In this document: piece after piece, positions 37,488 to 46,012 of the stretch
How the letters are laid out: each line of letters opens with the position of its first letter
Numbering within the stretch: the stretch's first letter is position 1
DNA from: an uncultured Alphaproteobacteria bacterium
GTDB lineage: Bacteria > Pseudomonadota > Alphaproteobacteria > RF32 > CAG-239
Reading direction: 5' to 3'
DNA: 61,441 bases
Assembly (NCBI GenBank): GCA_944392215.1
Contig: CALXVX010000022.1
Coordinates: 1 to 61,441 of the forward strand
Translations under genes and position numbers: made by a program
Notes under the pieces: generated by a model
Told to the model about the DNA's origin: nothing
Seen by the model: only the letters and a program-made list of their open reading frames with translations
Databases searched by the model: none

Positions 37488-38476
37488 ATAATGATTTAGA
37501 TGAGCTGTTGAACGATGATTCTGTTCACTCCAACCAAGCCTCTCACAAAAGAAAAAGTTTGGGAAGAGGGTTGGGAGCTCTACTGGGCGATGATTTGGAA
37601 ACCGAAATCAACACAGAAATAAAACCAACTGACAGCATAAGTGTTGATGATATTATTCCCGGAAAATATCAGCCACGCACGGAGTTTGATAAAGAAGCTC
37701 TGCAGTCTCTGGCAGATTCAATCAAAGAAAAGGGTGTCCTACAACCCCTTTTGGTACGCCACCAAGGAGATAAATATGAACTGATAGCTGGAGAACGCCG
37801 TTGGCGGGCGGCAAAAATAGCCGGATTACGAGAAGTTCCGGTTGTCATCAAAGATTTGAATGATCAAGAGGTTTTAGAGGCAGCTCTGGTTGAAAACATC
37901 TTGCGCGAGAATTTATCAGCCATAGAAGAGGCAGAAGGTTACCAGCGGCTCATAAATGAGTTTGCCCATACCCAAGAGGCTTTGTCTCAGATTGTAGGCA
38001 AATCTCGCAGCCACATAGCTAATACTTTGCGCCTGTTGTCTTTACCGGCAGATGTTCAAGAGCTTGTAAAAGAAGGTAAACTCTCCGCCGGCCATGCCAG
38101 AGCTCTGGTTGGGTTGGAAAACGCAAGTTCTTTAGCCAAACAGATAATTGCCAAAGACCTCAATGTTCGTCAGGTAGAAGATTTGGTTTCGCGCCAAAAA
38201 GCTCCTAAACCGGCTAAAGAAAAAACAGAAAGAAATTCTGATGTTGCCGACATAGAAAGACAACTTGTAAAAAGCCTAGGCCTAAGAATTAAGATTAGCC
38301 CCAACAAACAAGGCGGCGGCAAAGTTGTTCTGCAGTATTCATCGGTAGCAGAGTTAGATATGATTATAGAAACATTGGAGCAAAAACGCCGTGGGGAAAC
38401 TTCTCAGAACACTGTATTTAAAGCTGAGGAGCCCATGTCGTCAAAGGATAAGTTTTCAATAAAAATTGTAGACTAA
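37481..38476 (+). CDS. parB: chromosome partitioning protein ParB
   Basis: LGRGLGALLG, the GERRWRAAK box, and HTH ALSQIVGKSRSHIANTLRLL. Start taken at ATG 37481 (MLDNDLDELL), overlapping the parA stop by 7 nt. Confidence 0.93.
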   Translation: MLDNDLDELLNDDSVHSNQASHKRKSLGRGLGALLGDDLETEINTEIKPTDSISVDDIIPGKYQPRTEFDKEALQSLADSIKEKGVLQPLLVRHQGDKYELIAGERRWRAAKIAGLREVPVVIKDLNDQEVLEAALVENILRENLSAIEEAEGYQRLINEFAHTQEALSQIVGKSRSHIANTLRLLSLPADVQELVKEGKLSAGHARALVGLENASSLAKQIIAKDLNVRQVEDLVSRQKAPKPAKEKTERNSDVADIERQLVKSLGLRIKISPNKQGGGKVVLQYSSVAELDMIIETLEQKRRGETSQNTVFKAEEPMSSKDKFSIKIVD

Positions 38477-38488
38477 GGACAAACTAAA

Positions 38489-38725
38489 ATGACTATACTA
38501 GATAAGATGTTGGAAAACTGTGAAAAAGCAGGCTATGCCACAACTAAAAACGTAAAGAAAATTGCCAATGCCAAACAGATGATGTTTGGTGAGGCTGAAT
38601 GGCAGCGCTGTCCATGTGACGGCAACAATCCGGCACGTTACTGCATATCAGAAACTTGCCGCCAGGATATAGAAAGAGACGGTGAGTGCCATTGCCACTG
38701 CTATTGCAAAAAAGACATTGCTTAA
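38489..38725 (+). CDS. ferredoxin-thioredoxin-reductase catalytic-subunit-like small Cys-rich protein
   Basis: CPCDG.....YC....C......DGECHCHCY resembles the CPC...C.C...G.CHC pattern of FTR-beta-like proteins (from memory). Confidence 0.55.
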   Translation: MTILDKMLENCEKAGYATTKNVKKIANAKQMMFGEAEWQRCPCDGNNPARYCISETCRQDIERDGECHCHCYCKKDIA

Positions 38726-38732
38726 GCGAAAG

Positions 38733-38761
38733 AAAGCCCCGGTTCACGGGGTTTCTTTTTA
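38733..38761 (+). terminator. intrinsic terminator
   Basis: AAAGCCCCG-gttca-CGGGGTTT hairpin followed by cttttt. Confidence 0.8.
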
Positions 38762-38866
38762 AGAGAATATTTACTAAAAGGGATTATTGTAACAAGGAAA
38801 GATTTGATTAAATAAGCATATATGCGCTTATTTTATAACAGCTAAAACAACCAATAGAGGTCTGCC

Positions 38867-39886
38867 ATGGTTTTCTTGAAGAGAGTATTGTTGGGTCTGG
38901 GAGCTTTGTTCTTGATTTTTTTAGGTGGAGCGGGAACCAGAAGCAGCAGTGTTTTGATGCAGGGAGGCGGTTTTTTGGGGCTTATCATCGGGCTGGTTGT
39001 TCTATACATTTTTGCCAAGATGGCCTGGCGAGCCATGGGATGCTTACCTTCATTACTTTTAATTGCGGCAATTATTCTTTTTATTCTTTACGCCATAGGG
39101 GCTTTTAGAGACGGTCTTGGGGGTGTTGGTAAAAATGTCAAAAGTTTTTTGGGGCAAAGCAATATATCATCTCAAAGCAACATTGCCTCAGCCAAAGTAG
39201 ATTTGCTTGATGAAGAAGATTTTGACGTTCCTATTTCTGAGGGTTTTTCTCCGGCAGCAGAAGATATGACAAGAGAGGAACAAATAGCTCAACCACAACA
39301 AAATCGACAACCTCAGCAAGTTCAGGAAGAAAGTTTTTTTGACAAATTATTTGGTGGAAGTTCTCAAAAGGACAGGCGGGCAGCTTTTAATCCACAAGAA
39401 TATCCTGCAATTTATTCCACAGCGCGAGTTATCAGTGGAGATACTCTGATTGTAGGAGGACGCTATCTGAGGCTTTTTGGTATAGATGCCCCCGAAAGCA
39501 ACCAAACTTGTGCGGATGGAAACGGCCGTCCATACCACTGTGGCCAGCAGGCAGCAGCATGGCTAAAGAGTTGGTTGCAAGACAACGAGTTAGAATGCAG
39601 GATTATCCAGCAAGACAAGAATGGCAACATGGTAGGCGTTTGCTCACTAGGGGCTTATGACATAGGCGCGGCATTGGTAAATGCCGGATGGGCCGTTGTT
39701 TACAGCAAACATACAGATATCTATATGCCTTACCAGACACAAGCCCAAAATAATGGCAGAGGTTTGTGGCAGGGAGAATTTTATATGCCCTGGGATTGGC
39801 GCAAAATTCAAGCTCGCAAACCCAAAATAAAAGTAATCAATCAAAAGCCAAAACGCAAAAGAACACTGATGAATCCCTTAGGTTAA
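38867..39886 (+). CDS. membrane-anchored staphylococcal-nuclease (SNase/thermonuclease) homolog
   Basis: Three N-terminal TM helices, a Q-rich linker, then VISGDTLIV....LRLFGIDAPE ... GRGLWQG. Confidence 0.75.
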   Translation: MVFLKRVLLGLGALFLIFLGGAGTRSSSVLMQGGGFLGLIIGLVVLYIFAKMAWRAMGCLPSLLLIAAIILFILYAIGAFRDGLGGVGKNVKSFLGQSNISSQSNIASAKVDLLDEEDFDVPISEGFSPAAEDMTREEQIAQPQQNRQPQQVQEESFFDKLFGGSSQKDRRAAFNPQEYPAIYSTARVISGDTLIVGGRYLRLFGIDAPESNQTCADGNGRPYHCGQQAAAWLKSWLQDNELECRIIQQDKNGNMVGVCSLGAYDIGAALVNAGWAVVYSKHTDIYMPYQTQAQNNGRGLWQGEFYMPWDWRKIQARKPKIKVINQKPKRKRTLMNPLG

Positions 39887-39887
39887 A

Positions 39888-40361
39888 ATGAACAACAAAA
39901 TAGAAATAAATCTGGCGACGGAAGAAGACACCAAAAGGGTGGGAAGAAAGCTTGCGCGTCTCGCCCGCAAGGGAGACGTATTTGCGCTATACGGAACACT
40001 TGGTGTGGGCAAAAGTGTATTGGCCAGAGCCTTTGTGCAGGAGTTGTGCGGATTAGGAGAAGTTCCGAGCCCGACTTTTACTCTGCTACAGACCTATGAG
40101 GCGCCAGAATTTGAAATCTATCATTTTGATTTATACCGCCTAAAATCAGCCGAAGAGATTTTTGAGATTGGGGTCGAGGAGGCTTTGTATTCGGGTGTGA
40201 GCCTGATAGAATGGCCCGAAAGAATGGCCTCTTACTTGCCGCGAGATATCTTCAAGCTGGAAATCTCTCCGTTAGGGGAAGGGCGCAAGTTAACCATAGA
40301 AACACGTTCAGACGAAAAACATTCGCGCTTATCCGCGTTGGAGACAAAAAATGAGAGCTAA
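39888..40361 (+). CDS. tsaE: tRNA t6A37 biosynthesis ATPase TsaE
   Basis: LYGTLGVGKSVLAR, SPTFTLLQ.Y, HFDLYRL and IEW. Confidence 0.85.
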   Translation: MNNKIEINLATEEDTKRVGRKLARLARKGDVFALYGTLGVGKSVLARAFVQELCGLGEVPSPTFTLLQTYEAPEFEIYHFDLYRLKSAEEIFEIGVEEALYSGVSLIEWPERMASYLPRDIFKLEISPLGEGRKLTIETRSDEKHSRLSALETKNES

Positions 40362-40767
40362 CGTGCACGCTTCTTGTGTGGAGTATAACAAAAAAGGCGT
40401 TTTAATCTACGGCCCTTCAGGGAGCGGCAAATCAGATCTTGCTCTGCGGTTAATTATGGAAAATGGCGCCAAGCTTGTAGCAGATGATAGGGTGAATTTA
40501 CAAGAGCTAAAAGGCAAGATAAAGGCAACAGCACCGACAATTCTAAAAGGGCTTTTGGAGGTAAGAGGGGTCGGTATAGTGAAACTTTCCTCCGTTAATG
40601 CAGATTTGTTCTTAGCAATCAGGCTGGTTGAAAAAAGAGAGTTGGTTGAGCGTCTTCCAGAAAGCGATACCTATGAATTTAGCGGGGTAAAAATTCCGCA
40701 ACTCAATCTTTATGCTTTTGATGCCTCAACCCCGGCAAAAATTTTAGCAGCCTTGATAATGCTGTGA
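40351..40767 (+). CDS. hprK: HPr kinase/phosphorylase, C-terminal-domain-only form
   Basis: P-loop GPSGSGKSDLALRLI, LVADD and LEVRGVGIV. The short form is typical of alphaproteobacteria. Confidence 0.75.
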   Translation: MRANVHASCVEYNKKGVLIYGPSGSGKSDLALRLIMENGAKLVADDRVNLQELKGKIKATAPTILKGLLEVRGVGIVKLSSVNADLFLAIRLVEKRELVERLPESDTYEFSGVKIPQLNLYAFDASTPAKILAALIML

Positions 40768-40848
40768 GGAACAAATTCTTAGCGGTTGATTCTTTATAAT
40801 CTTGGTTCTAAAATAAAGCAAATTTAATTCTGTTTAGAGAGAAACAAT

Positions 40849-41640
40849 ATGTGTCTGAAGTCAATTGAGAATTTTTTGCGGCGGCAGGGCCAGCCGCTGG
40901 TTAAGTTTTTCTCCAGCTTGGGAGAATTTTCACTTTTTGTTGCCCAGGCAGTTTATAACTGCTTTACGCCGCCGGTATATTGGCGTAATTTGTGGCGCCA
41001 GATTGTGGATATGGGCTTTTATTCGCTGCCGGTTGTGGGGTTGACCACAATCTTTGCCGGAATGGTCATTGCTCTGCAGAGCTATTCAGGTTTTATGCGT
41101 TTTGGCGCTGAGGGTGCTGTTGCTTCTGTTGTTCTGATTTCCGTAACCAGAGAGTTGGCGCCGGTTTTGTCAGCCTTAATGGTTGCCGGTCGTATAGGCG
41201 CGGCCATGGCGGCAGAAATTGGCACCATGCGTGTGACTGAACAAATAGATGCTCTAGTCACCTTGTCAACCAATCCTTTTAAGTATTTGGTTACACCAAG
41301 AATTTGGGCGGGGCTGATTGTTATGCCTCTGTTAGTTTTGTTGGGTGATGTAATCGGTATTTTTGGCGGCTATGTTGTTGGTGTTTACAAGCTTGGTTTC
41401 AACCCGGCCAACTACGTCAACTCAACTTTGCAGAATTTGCAGGCCATAGATATCACCACCGGTTTGGTAAAAGCGGCGGTGTTTGGATTTATTATTTCCA
41501 TTATGGGCTGCTACAACGGCTATAAATCAAAAGGCGGCGCCCAGGGTGTTGGTACGGCCACCACCAATGCGGTTGTTTCCGCTTCCATTTTGATTTTGAT
41601 TTTCAACTATGTTATTACCGAGCTGTTTTTCTCAAAATAG
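40849..41640 (+). CDS. mlaE: Mla-type ABC transporter permease
   Basis: SLPVVGLT..F.GMV.ALQ and RELAPVL.ALMVAGR.G.AM.AEIGTMRVTEQIDAL. Confidence 0.88.
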   Translation: MCLKSIENFLRRQGQPLVKFFSSLGEFSLFVAQAVYNCFTPPVYWRNLWRQIVDMGFYSLPVVGLTTIFAGMVIALQSYSGFMRFGAEGAVASVVLISVTRELAPVLSALMVAGRIGAAMAAEIGTMRVTEQIDALVTLSTNPFKYLVTPRIWAGLIVMPLLVLLGDVIGIFGGYVVGVYKLGFNPANYVNSTLQNLQAIDITTGLVKAAVFGFIISIMGCYNGYKSKGGAQGVGTATTNAVVSASILILIFNYVITELFFSK

Positions 41641-41658
41641 TTTTATGGAGAATAAGAG

Positions 41659-42423
41659 ATGAGTGAAACTAAAATAAAAATAACCAATCTTCATAAAGCT
41701 TTTGGCAAAAAAATCGTTCTTTCGGGAGTAGACTTAGAGATAGCCAAGGGAGAATCTCTGGTTGTAATCGGCGGTTCCGGTACCGGAAAATCGGTTTTGA
41801 TTAAGTGTATACAAGGACTTTTGGTGCCTGATGAAGGATCAATCTTGGTAGATGACCAAGAGGTTGTCGGGATAGACGAGGAAGAAAAAGAGGCTCTGCA
41901 CTCCAAAATGGGCATGCTTTTTCAGGGCGGCGCATTATTTGACAGCTTGAGCGTGTGGGAAAACGTAGCGTTTGACTTGCTTGAAAATCGGGGCATGAAC
42001 AAAAAAGATGCCAAGAACGAGGCTATAAGGGTTTTGCGCTCTGTCGGCTTGGCACCGGATGTTGCAGACCTGTCGCCCTCGGAATTATCTGGCGGTATGC
42101 AAAAACGCGTAGGCCTGGCCAGGGCTATAGCCTCCAAGCCGGAGATAATCTTTTTTGATGAACCCACCACGGGGCTGGACCCGATAATGTCAGACGTTAT
42201 TAATGACCTGATTATTGAGTCGGTAAAAGGCTTGGGAGCAACAGCCTTGACGATTACGCACGATATGACCTCGGCTCGTAAAATTGCTGACAGAATAGCC
42301 ATGCTGTACCAGGGCAAGATAGTATGGCAAGGCACAGTCAAAGAGATGGATAAGACTGATAATCCATATGTGCGCCAGTTTATCAACGGCAGATCGCAAG
42401 GCCCGATAAAAGTGGAGGTTTAG
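41659..42423 (+). CDS. mlaF: Mla-type ABC transporter ATP-binding protein
   Basis: Walker A GGSGTGKS, signature LSGGMQKRVGLARA, Walker B IIFFDEPT. Confidence 0.9.
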   Translation: MSETKIKITNLHKAFGKKIVLSGVDLEIAKGESLVVIGGSGTGKSVLIKCIQGLLVPDEGSILVDDQEVVGIDEEEKEALHSKMGMLFQGGALFDSLSVWENVAFDLLENRGMNKKDAKNEAIRVLRSVGLAPDVADLSPSELSGGMQKRVGLARAIASKPEIIFFDEPTTGLDPIMSDVINDLIIESVKGLGATALTITHDMTSARKIADRIAMLYQGKIVWQGTVKEMDKTDNPYVRQFINGRSQGPIKVEV

Positions 42424-42426
42424 GCT

Positions 42427-43800
42427 TTGGCAAAAAAAGACAATAAGCAATATGTTTGCCAGAACTGTGGTGCGGTTTATCCGAAATGGCAGGGCAAATG
42501 CGATGCGTGTGGGGAGTGGAACTGTATAGAAGAGGAGCTTCTTGGCGGAGAAGGTTTTTCAAACTTTAATTCGAAGAAATCAAAAGGGCGTATGTTAGAA
42601 TTTGTGCCCCTAAGCGGTGCGCAAGAGCATTTGAGCCGACTCAGCACCGGAATTAAGGAATTAGACCGTGTCTCCGGCGGTGGCTTAGTGGCAGGCTCGG
42701 TCATCTTGGTTGGCGGCGACCCCGGCATTGGTAAATCCACGCTCTTATTGCAGGCTTGTGCCAAGATAGCGGATTCTCCGAGCGGAAAAGAGGTTTACTA
42801 CATATCCGGAGAAGAGGCAATAGATCAGGTTAGACTGAGAGCCAAAAGATTGGGCTTGGAACAATCACCGGTTAAGTTGGCCAGCTCCACCGAGATAAAA
42901 GACATTGTCACCACGCTTGAGAAATCAAATGCCGCGGTGGTGGTGATAGATTCGATTCAAACCATGTATTTGGACGAGGTTGAATCAACCCCCGGCAGTG
43001 TTACCCAAGTCAGGGCCTGCAGTTATGAGCTGATAAAACTTGCCAAAAGAAAAGGCTTTACACTGTTTTTGGTGGGCCACGTTACCAAACAGGGAGCCAT
43101 AGCCGGCCCCAGAGTGCTTGAGCATATGGTTGATACGGTTTTGTATTTTGAAGGCGAGAGAGGGCACCATTTCAGAATTCTGCGGGCGGTAAAGAACCGC
43201 TACGGCGCCACAGATGAGATTGGCGTTTTTGAGATGCAGGATCAAGGCTTGGTAGAGGTTGAAAACCCCTCGGCTTTGTTTCTGGCAGAGCGCCAAGGGA
43301 ACATATCGGGGTCTTGTGTTTTTGCCGGGGTAGAAGGATCAAGGCCGGTGTTGGTGGAGATTCAGGCGCTAGTCAGTCCCACCAGTTATGCCAGCCCCAA
43401 AAGAGCCGTTGTTGGTTGGGATTCCAACCGCTTATCCATGGTTTTAGCGGTGTTAGAGGCTCGTTGCGGCATGAACTTAAGCTCGCAAGATATATACTTG
43501 AACATTGCGGGAGGCTTAAAGATATCGGAGCCAGCGGCAGATTTGGCGGTAGCGATGGCGGTGATATCATCACTCACCAACAAACCCCTGCCGGCAGACA
43601 TGGTTGTCTTTGGCGAGATAGGGCTTTCCGGAGAGATAAGAGCGGTTTCACAGCCAACGCTGAGGCTGAAGGAGGCGCATAAATTGGGCTTTACCAGCGC
43701 CATCACCCCGCCGACTCACGCTAAAGAAAAGAAGAACCGGGTAGAAATGAATATTTATGAAATCGGCAATGTTCAGCGACTGATAAACTGGTTTAATTAG
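42427..43800 (+). CDS. radA: DNA repair protein RadA
   Basis: TTG start. Zinc finger CQNCG...CDACGEW, Walker A GDPGIGKST, KNRYG motif and a Lon-like C-terminus. Confidence 0.95.
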   Translation: MAKKDNKQYVCQNCGAVYPKWQGKCDACGEWNCIEEELLGGEGFSNFNSKKSKGRMLEFVPLSGAQEHLSRLSTGIKELDRVSGGGLVAGSVILVGGDPGIGKSTLLLQACAKIADSPSGKEVYYISGEEAIDQVRLRAKRLGLEQSPVKLASSTEIKDIVTTLEKSNAAVVVIDSIQTMYLDEVESTPGSVTQVRACSYELIKLAKRKGFTLFLVGHVTKQGAIAGPRVLEHMVDTVLYFEGERGHHFRILRAVKNRYGATDEIGVFEMQDQGLVEVENPSALFLAERQGNISGSCVFAGVEGSRPVLVEIQALVSPTSYASPKRAVVGWDSNRLSMVLAVLEARCGMNLSSQDIYLNIAGGLKISEPAADLAVAMAVISSLTNKPLPADMVVFGEIGLSGEIRAVSQPTLRLKEAHKLGFTSAITPPTHAKEKKNRVEMNIYEIGNVQRLINWFN

Positions 43801-43813
43801 AAGGGAAAAAAGA

Positions 43814-44542
43814 ATGTCTTCATTAAATAATCTGGACATTATCATATTGATTGTTGTGGCCATTTCGGCGCTGATAGCCTTATCCAGAGGATTGGTAAAA
43901 GAGGTTTTATCCATCATCGGATGGGTTTTGGCCACTTTTGCCATCATATACATTTTGCCGGTAGTAATGCCCTTTGCCAAAAACTATATTTCCAACGGTT
44001 ATATTGCCGGAGCGGTATCGGCTTTATGCATATTGATATTGTTTTTCATTATTTGGATATATGCAACAGCCGGGGTTGTTGGCAAGATTCGCTCAAGCAA
44101 GTTGAATGGTATGGACAGGATGTTAGGGTTGTTTTTTGGAGTTGCCAGAGCGTGCTTGCTGGTCATATTGTTTTATATTTTGGTAAGCTGGATGATTCCG
44201 CCTGAGAAACAATCAGAAACCCTGACAGAATCAAGGTATTTTCAGTTGGCCGGTAAATTTGCGGCACCCTTAGAGGAGATGATCCCTGAAGAAACCTTAA
44301 AGCTGATAAAAGAGAAGACTCAAGGTATGAGTGATGAAGAAACGGTTGAAGAAGAACCGGAAGCTGTTGAGGAAGAGGCAAGCGATTCAGATACCGAAGA
44401 GTTGTTTGAAAAATTAGCGCAACCGCAAATCAAAAAAGCCCTAAAGAAGAAAAAGAATTTGGTGGGCATAAAAGAAGGATTTGAAGGCTACAAGGAATCA
44501 GAAAGAGATAACCTTGATAGGCTGATTGAGAATGTGGAATAA
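43814..44542 (+). CDS. cvpA: CvpA-family membrane protein
   Basis: LD.II..V..IS.....RGL.KE..S. N-terminus, four TM helices, and an acidic tail. Conserved radA-cvpA context. Confidence 0.8.
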   Translation: MSSLNNLDIIILIVVAISALIALSRGLVKEVLSIIGWVLATFAIIYILPVVMPFAKNYISNGYIAGAVSALCILILFFIIWIYATAGVVGKIRSSKLNGMDRMLGLFFGVARACLLVILFYILVSWMIPPEKQSETLTESRYFQLAGKFAAPLEEMIPEETLKLIKEKTQGMSDEETVEEEPEAVEEEASDSDTEELFEKLAQPQIKKALKKKKNLVGIKEGFEGYKESERDNLDRLIENVE

Positions 44543-44597
44543 GCCAAGCGCCGAATAATTTTAATTGTAATTTAAGCAAAATGTTTTAATATTTGCT

Positions 44598-44757
44598 CTG
44601 CAGGTGCGAGTTGCGCCTGCGGAGTGTCACAGCTCCTCTCAAGAAAAAGAACAACTCCTTTTATGGGGAGCCGGGGGAATAAGGCTATGCTCGAAGAACC
44701 CGGACTGTTCTTGAGCAGTTGTGAACTCCCCGCCTTTTTTACTAAAAAGGCGGTTTT
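44598..44757 (+). ncRNA. candidate structured small RNA with intrinsic terminator (class unknown)
   Basis: 5' hairpin 44598-44622. A three-segment long-range helix pairs 44621-25/44725-29, 44627-31/44720-24 and 44638-45/44708-15, and encloses two hairpins. Terminator CCGCCTTTTT..AAAAAGGCGG plus T-run at 44730-44757. The segment is GC-rich relative to other intergenic DNA. Confidence 0.4.
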
Positions 44758-44788
44758 GTTTTAAGTAACAAAATAAAGGAGTTTCAAA

Positions 44789-45022
44789 ATGAGAAATAAG
44801 GAAATAAAAGAGTTAATACGCTTGCAGGGCAGTCTTGCCCAGCAGCTTCACCAGATACGCAGCTCCAAGCAGCTGAGCATGGAAAGGGTCTGTGCCGAAA
44901 CCGGCGTTCCGATGTATATTTTAGATAATTTGGAGCTGGGCCGAGGCGGCATAAATATGGGCGCAGTCTATGCCCTGGCCAAATACTATGGCAAAAAAGT
45001 CTGGATTTTGTTGCAGGATTAA
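44789..45022 (+). CDS. XRE-family helix-turn-helix protein (77 aa)
   Basis: LHQIRSSKQLSMERVCAETGVPMYILDNLELGR is an HTH_XRE pattern. Confidence 0.7.
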   Translation: MRNKEIKELIRLQGSLAQQLHQIRSSKQLSMERVCAETGVPMYILDNLELGRGGINMGAVYALAKYYGKKVWILLQD

Positions 45023-45029
45023 GAAGAAT

Positions 45030-45063
45030 TTCCGAACCCTGAGAAATTTATCAGGGTTCGGAA
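45030..45063. terminator. 13-bp hairpin between convergent genes
   Basis: TTCCGAACCCTGA-gaaattta-TCAGGGTTCGGAA. The T-runs are weak. Confidence 0.6.
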
Positions 45064-45657
45064 TTACAAAGCTTTTCTAGAGTTAAGCGCCAGTTGCAGG
45101 GTGCCTTCATCCATATAGTCCAGCTCGGCTCCCATGGGAATTCCTTGCGCAAGGGTTGTTATCTTAACATTAAAGTCCTTGAGGCGAGAAGAAAGGTAGT
45201 GAGCGGTAATTTGCCCATCCACCGTTGCCGGCAGGGCCAAAATAACCTCTTGCACGCCCTCAGAGGCGATTCTCTTGAGCAGTGGCTCAATATTCAAGTC
45301 CTCGGGCACAACCCCCTCCAGAGCCGATAAAACCCCTCCCAACACATGATATTTGCCCTTAAATTGGGAGACGCGTTCCATTGCCCACAAATCAGCCACA
45401 TCTTGTACCACGCAAAGGATTTTAGAATCTCTGGTTGTAGATGTACAAACCGAGCAGGGCGAAACTGTATCAAAATTACCACAAATTTCACAGGTTTGAA
45501 TATTTGTTGCCACCTCGTTTAAGGCCTCAATCAACGGCAAAAGAGATGTCTCTTTTTTCTTAAGCAAATGTAAGACGATTCTTCTGGCCGAGCGGGTGCC
45601 CAGAGAGGGCAGTTTGGCAATTTGCTTAACCAGTTTTTCAATTTCGTTTCCGGCCAT
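45064..45657 (-). CDS. recR: recombination protein RecR
   Basis: LPSLGTRSARR, zinc finger C.IC....SPCSVC, and a Toprim domain. Confidence 0.93.
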   Translation of the reverse strand: MAGNEIEKLVKQIAKLPSLGTRSARRIVLHLLKKKETSLLPLIEALNEVATNIQTCEICGNFDTVSPCSVCTSTTRDSKILCVVQDVADLWAMERVSQFKGKYHVLGGVLSALEGVVPEDLNIEPLLKRIASEGVQEVILALPATVDGQITAHYLSSRLKDFNVKITTLAQGIPMGAELDYMDEGTLQLALNSRKAL

Positions 45658-45689
45658 TGTTTTTCTCTTTTTTCACCAGAAATAAAGCA

Positions 45690-46010
45690 CTAGAACGGAA
45701 GTTTCAAACCACCGAGGTTAAGCCCGCCGCTCAAGGCATTCATGCTGTCTTGCATTTTGGCATCAACCTTGTTTTTGGCATCATTATAGGCAGCCACAAT
45801 CAAATCTTCCAAAACCTCCACATCCTGAGGATCAACAAGACTGTTGTCAATAGAGAGCTTTTTCATCTCAAATTTGCCGTTTAAGGTAACCTTAACCATG
45901 CCGCCGCCGGAAGATCCTTCAACCTCTTCCTGTGCGAGCTTGGCTTGCTCTTCTTCCATTTTCTTTTGCATCATTTGTGCTTGCTTCATAATGCCTTGAA
46001 TATTCATCAT
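45690..46010 (-). CDS. ybaB: YbaB/EbfC nucleoid-associated protein
   Basis: MKQAQMMQKKMEE...GGGMVKVT.NG...L.ID. 106 aa. dnaX-ybaB-recR context. Confidence 0.9.
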   Translation of the reverse strand: MMNIQGIMKQAQMMQKKMEEEQAKLAQEEVEGSSGGGMVKVTLNGKFEMKKLSIDNSLVDPQDVEVLEDLIVAAYNDAKNKVDAKMQDSMNALSGGLNLGGLKLPF

Positions 46011-46012
46011 CT

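Noticed and set aside
41922-42386. 154-aa minus-strand ORF
   Set aside because: It is antisense to mlaF. This is a mirror-frame artefact.
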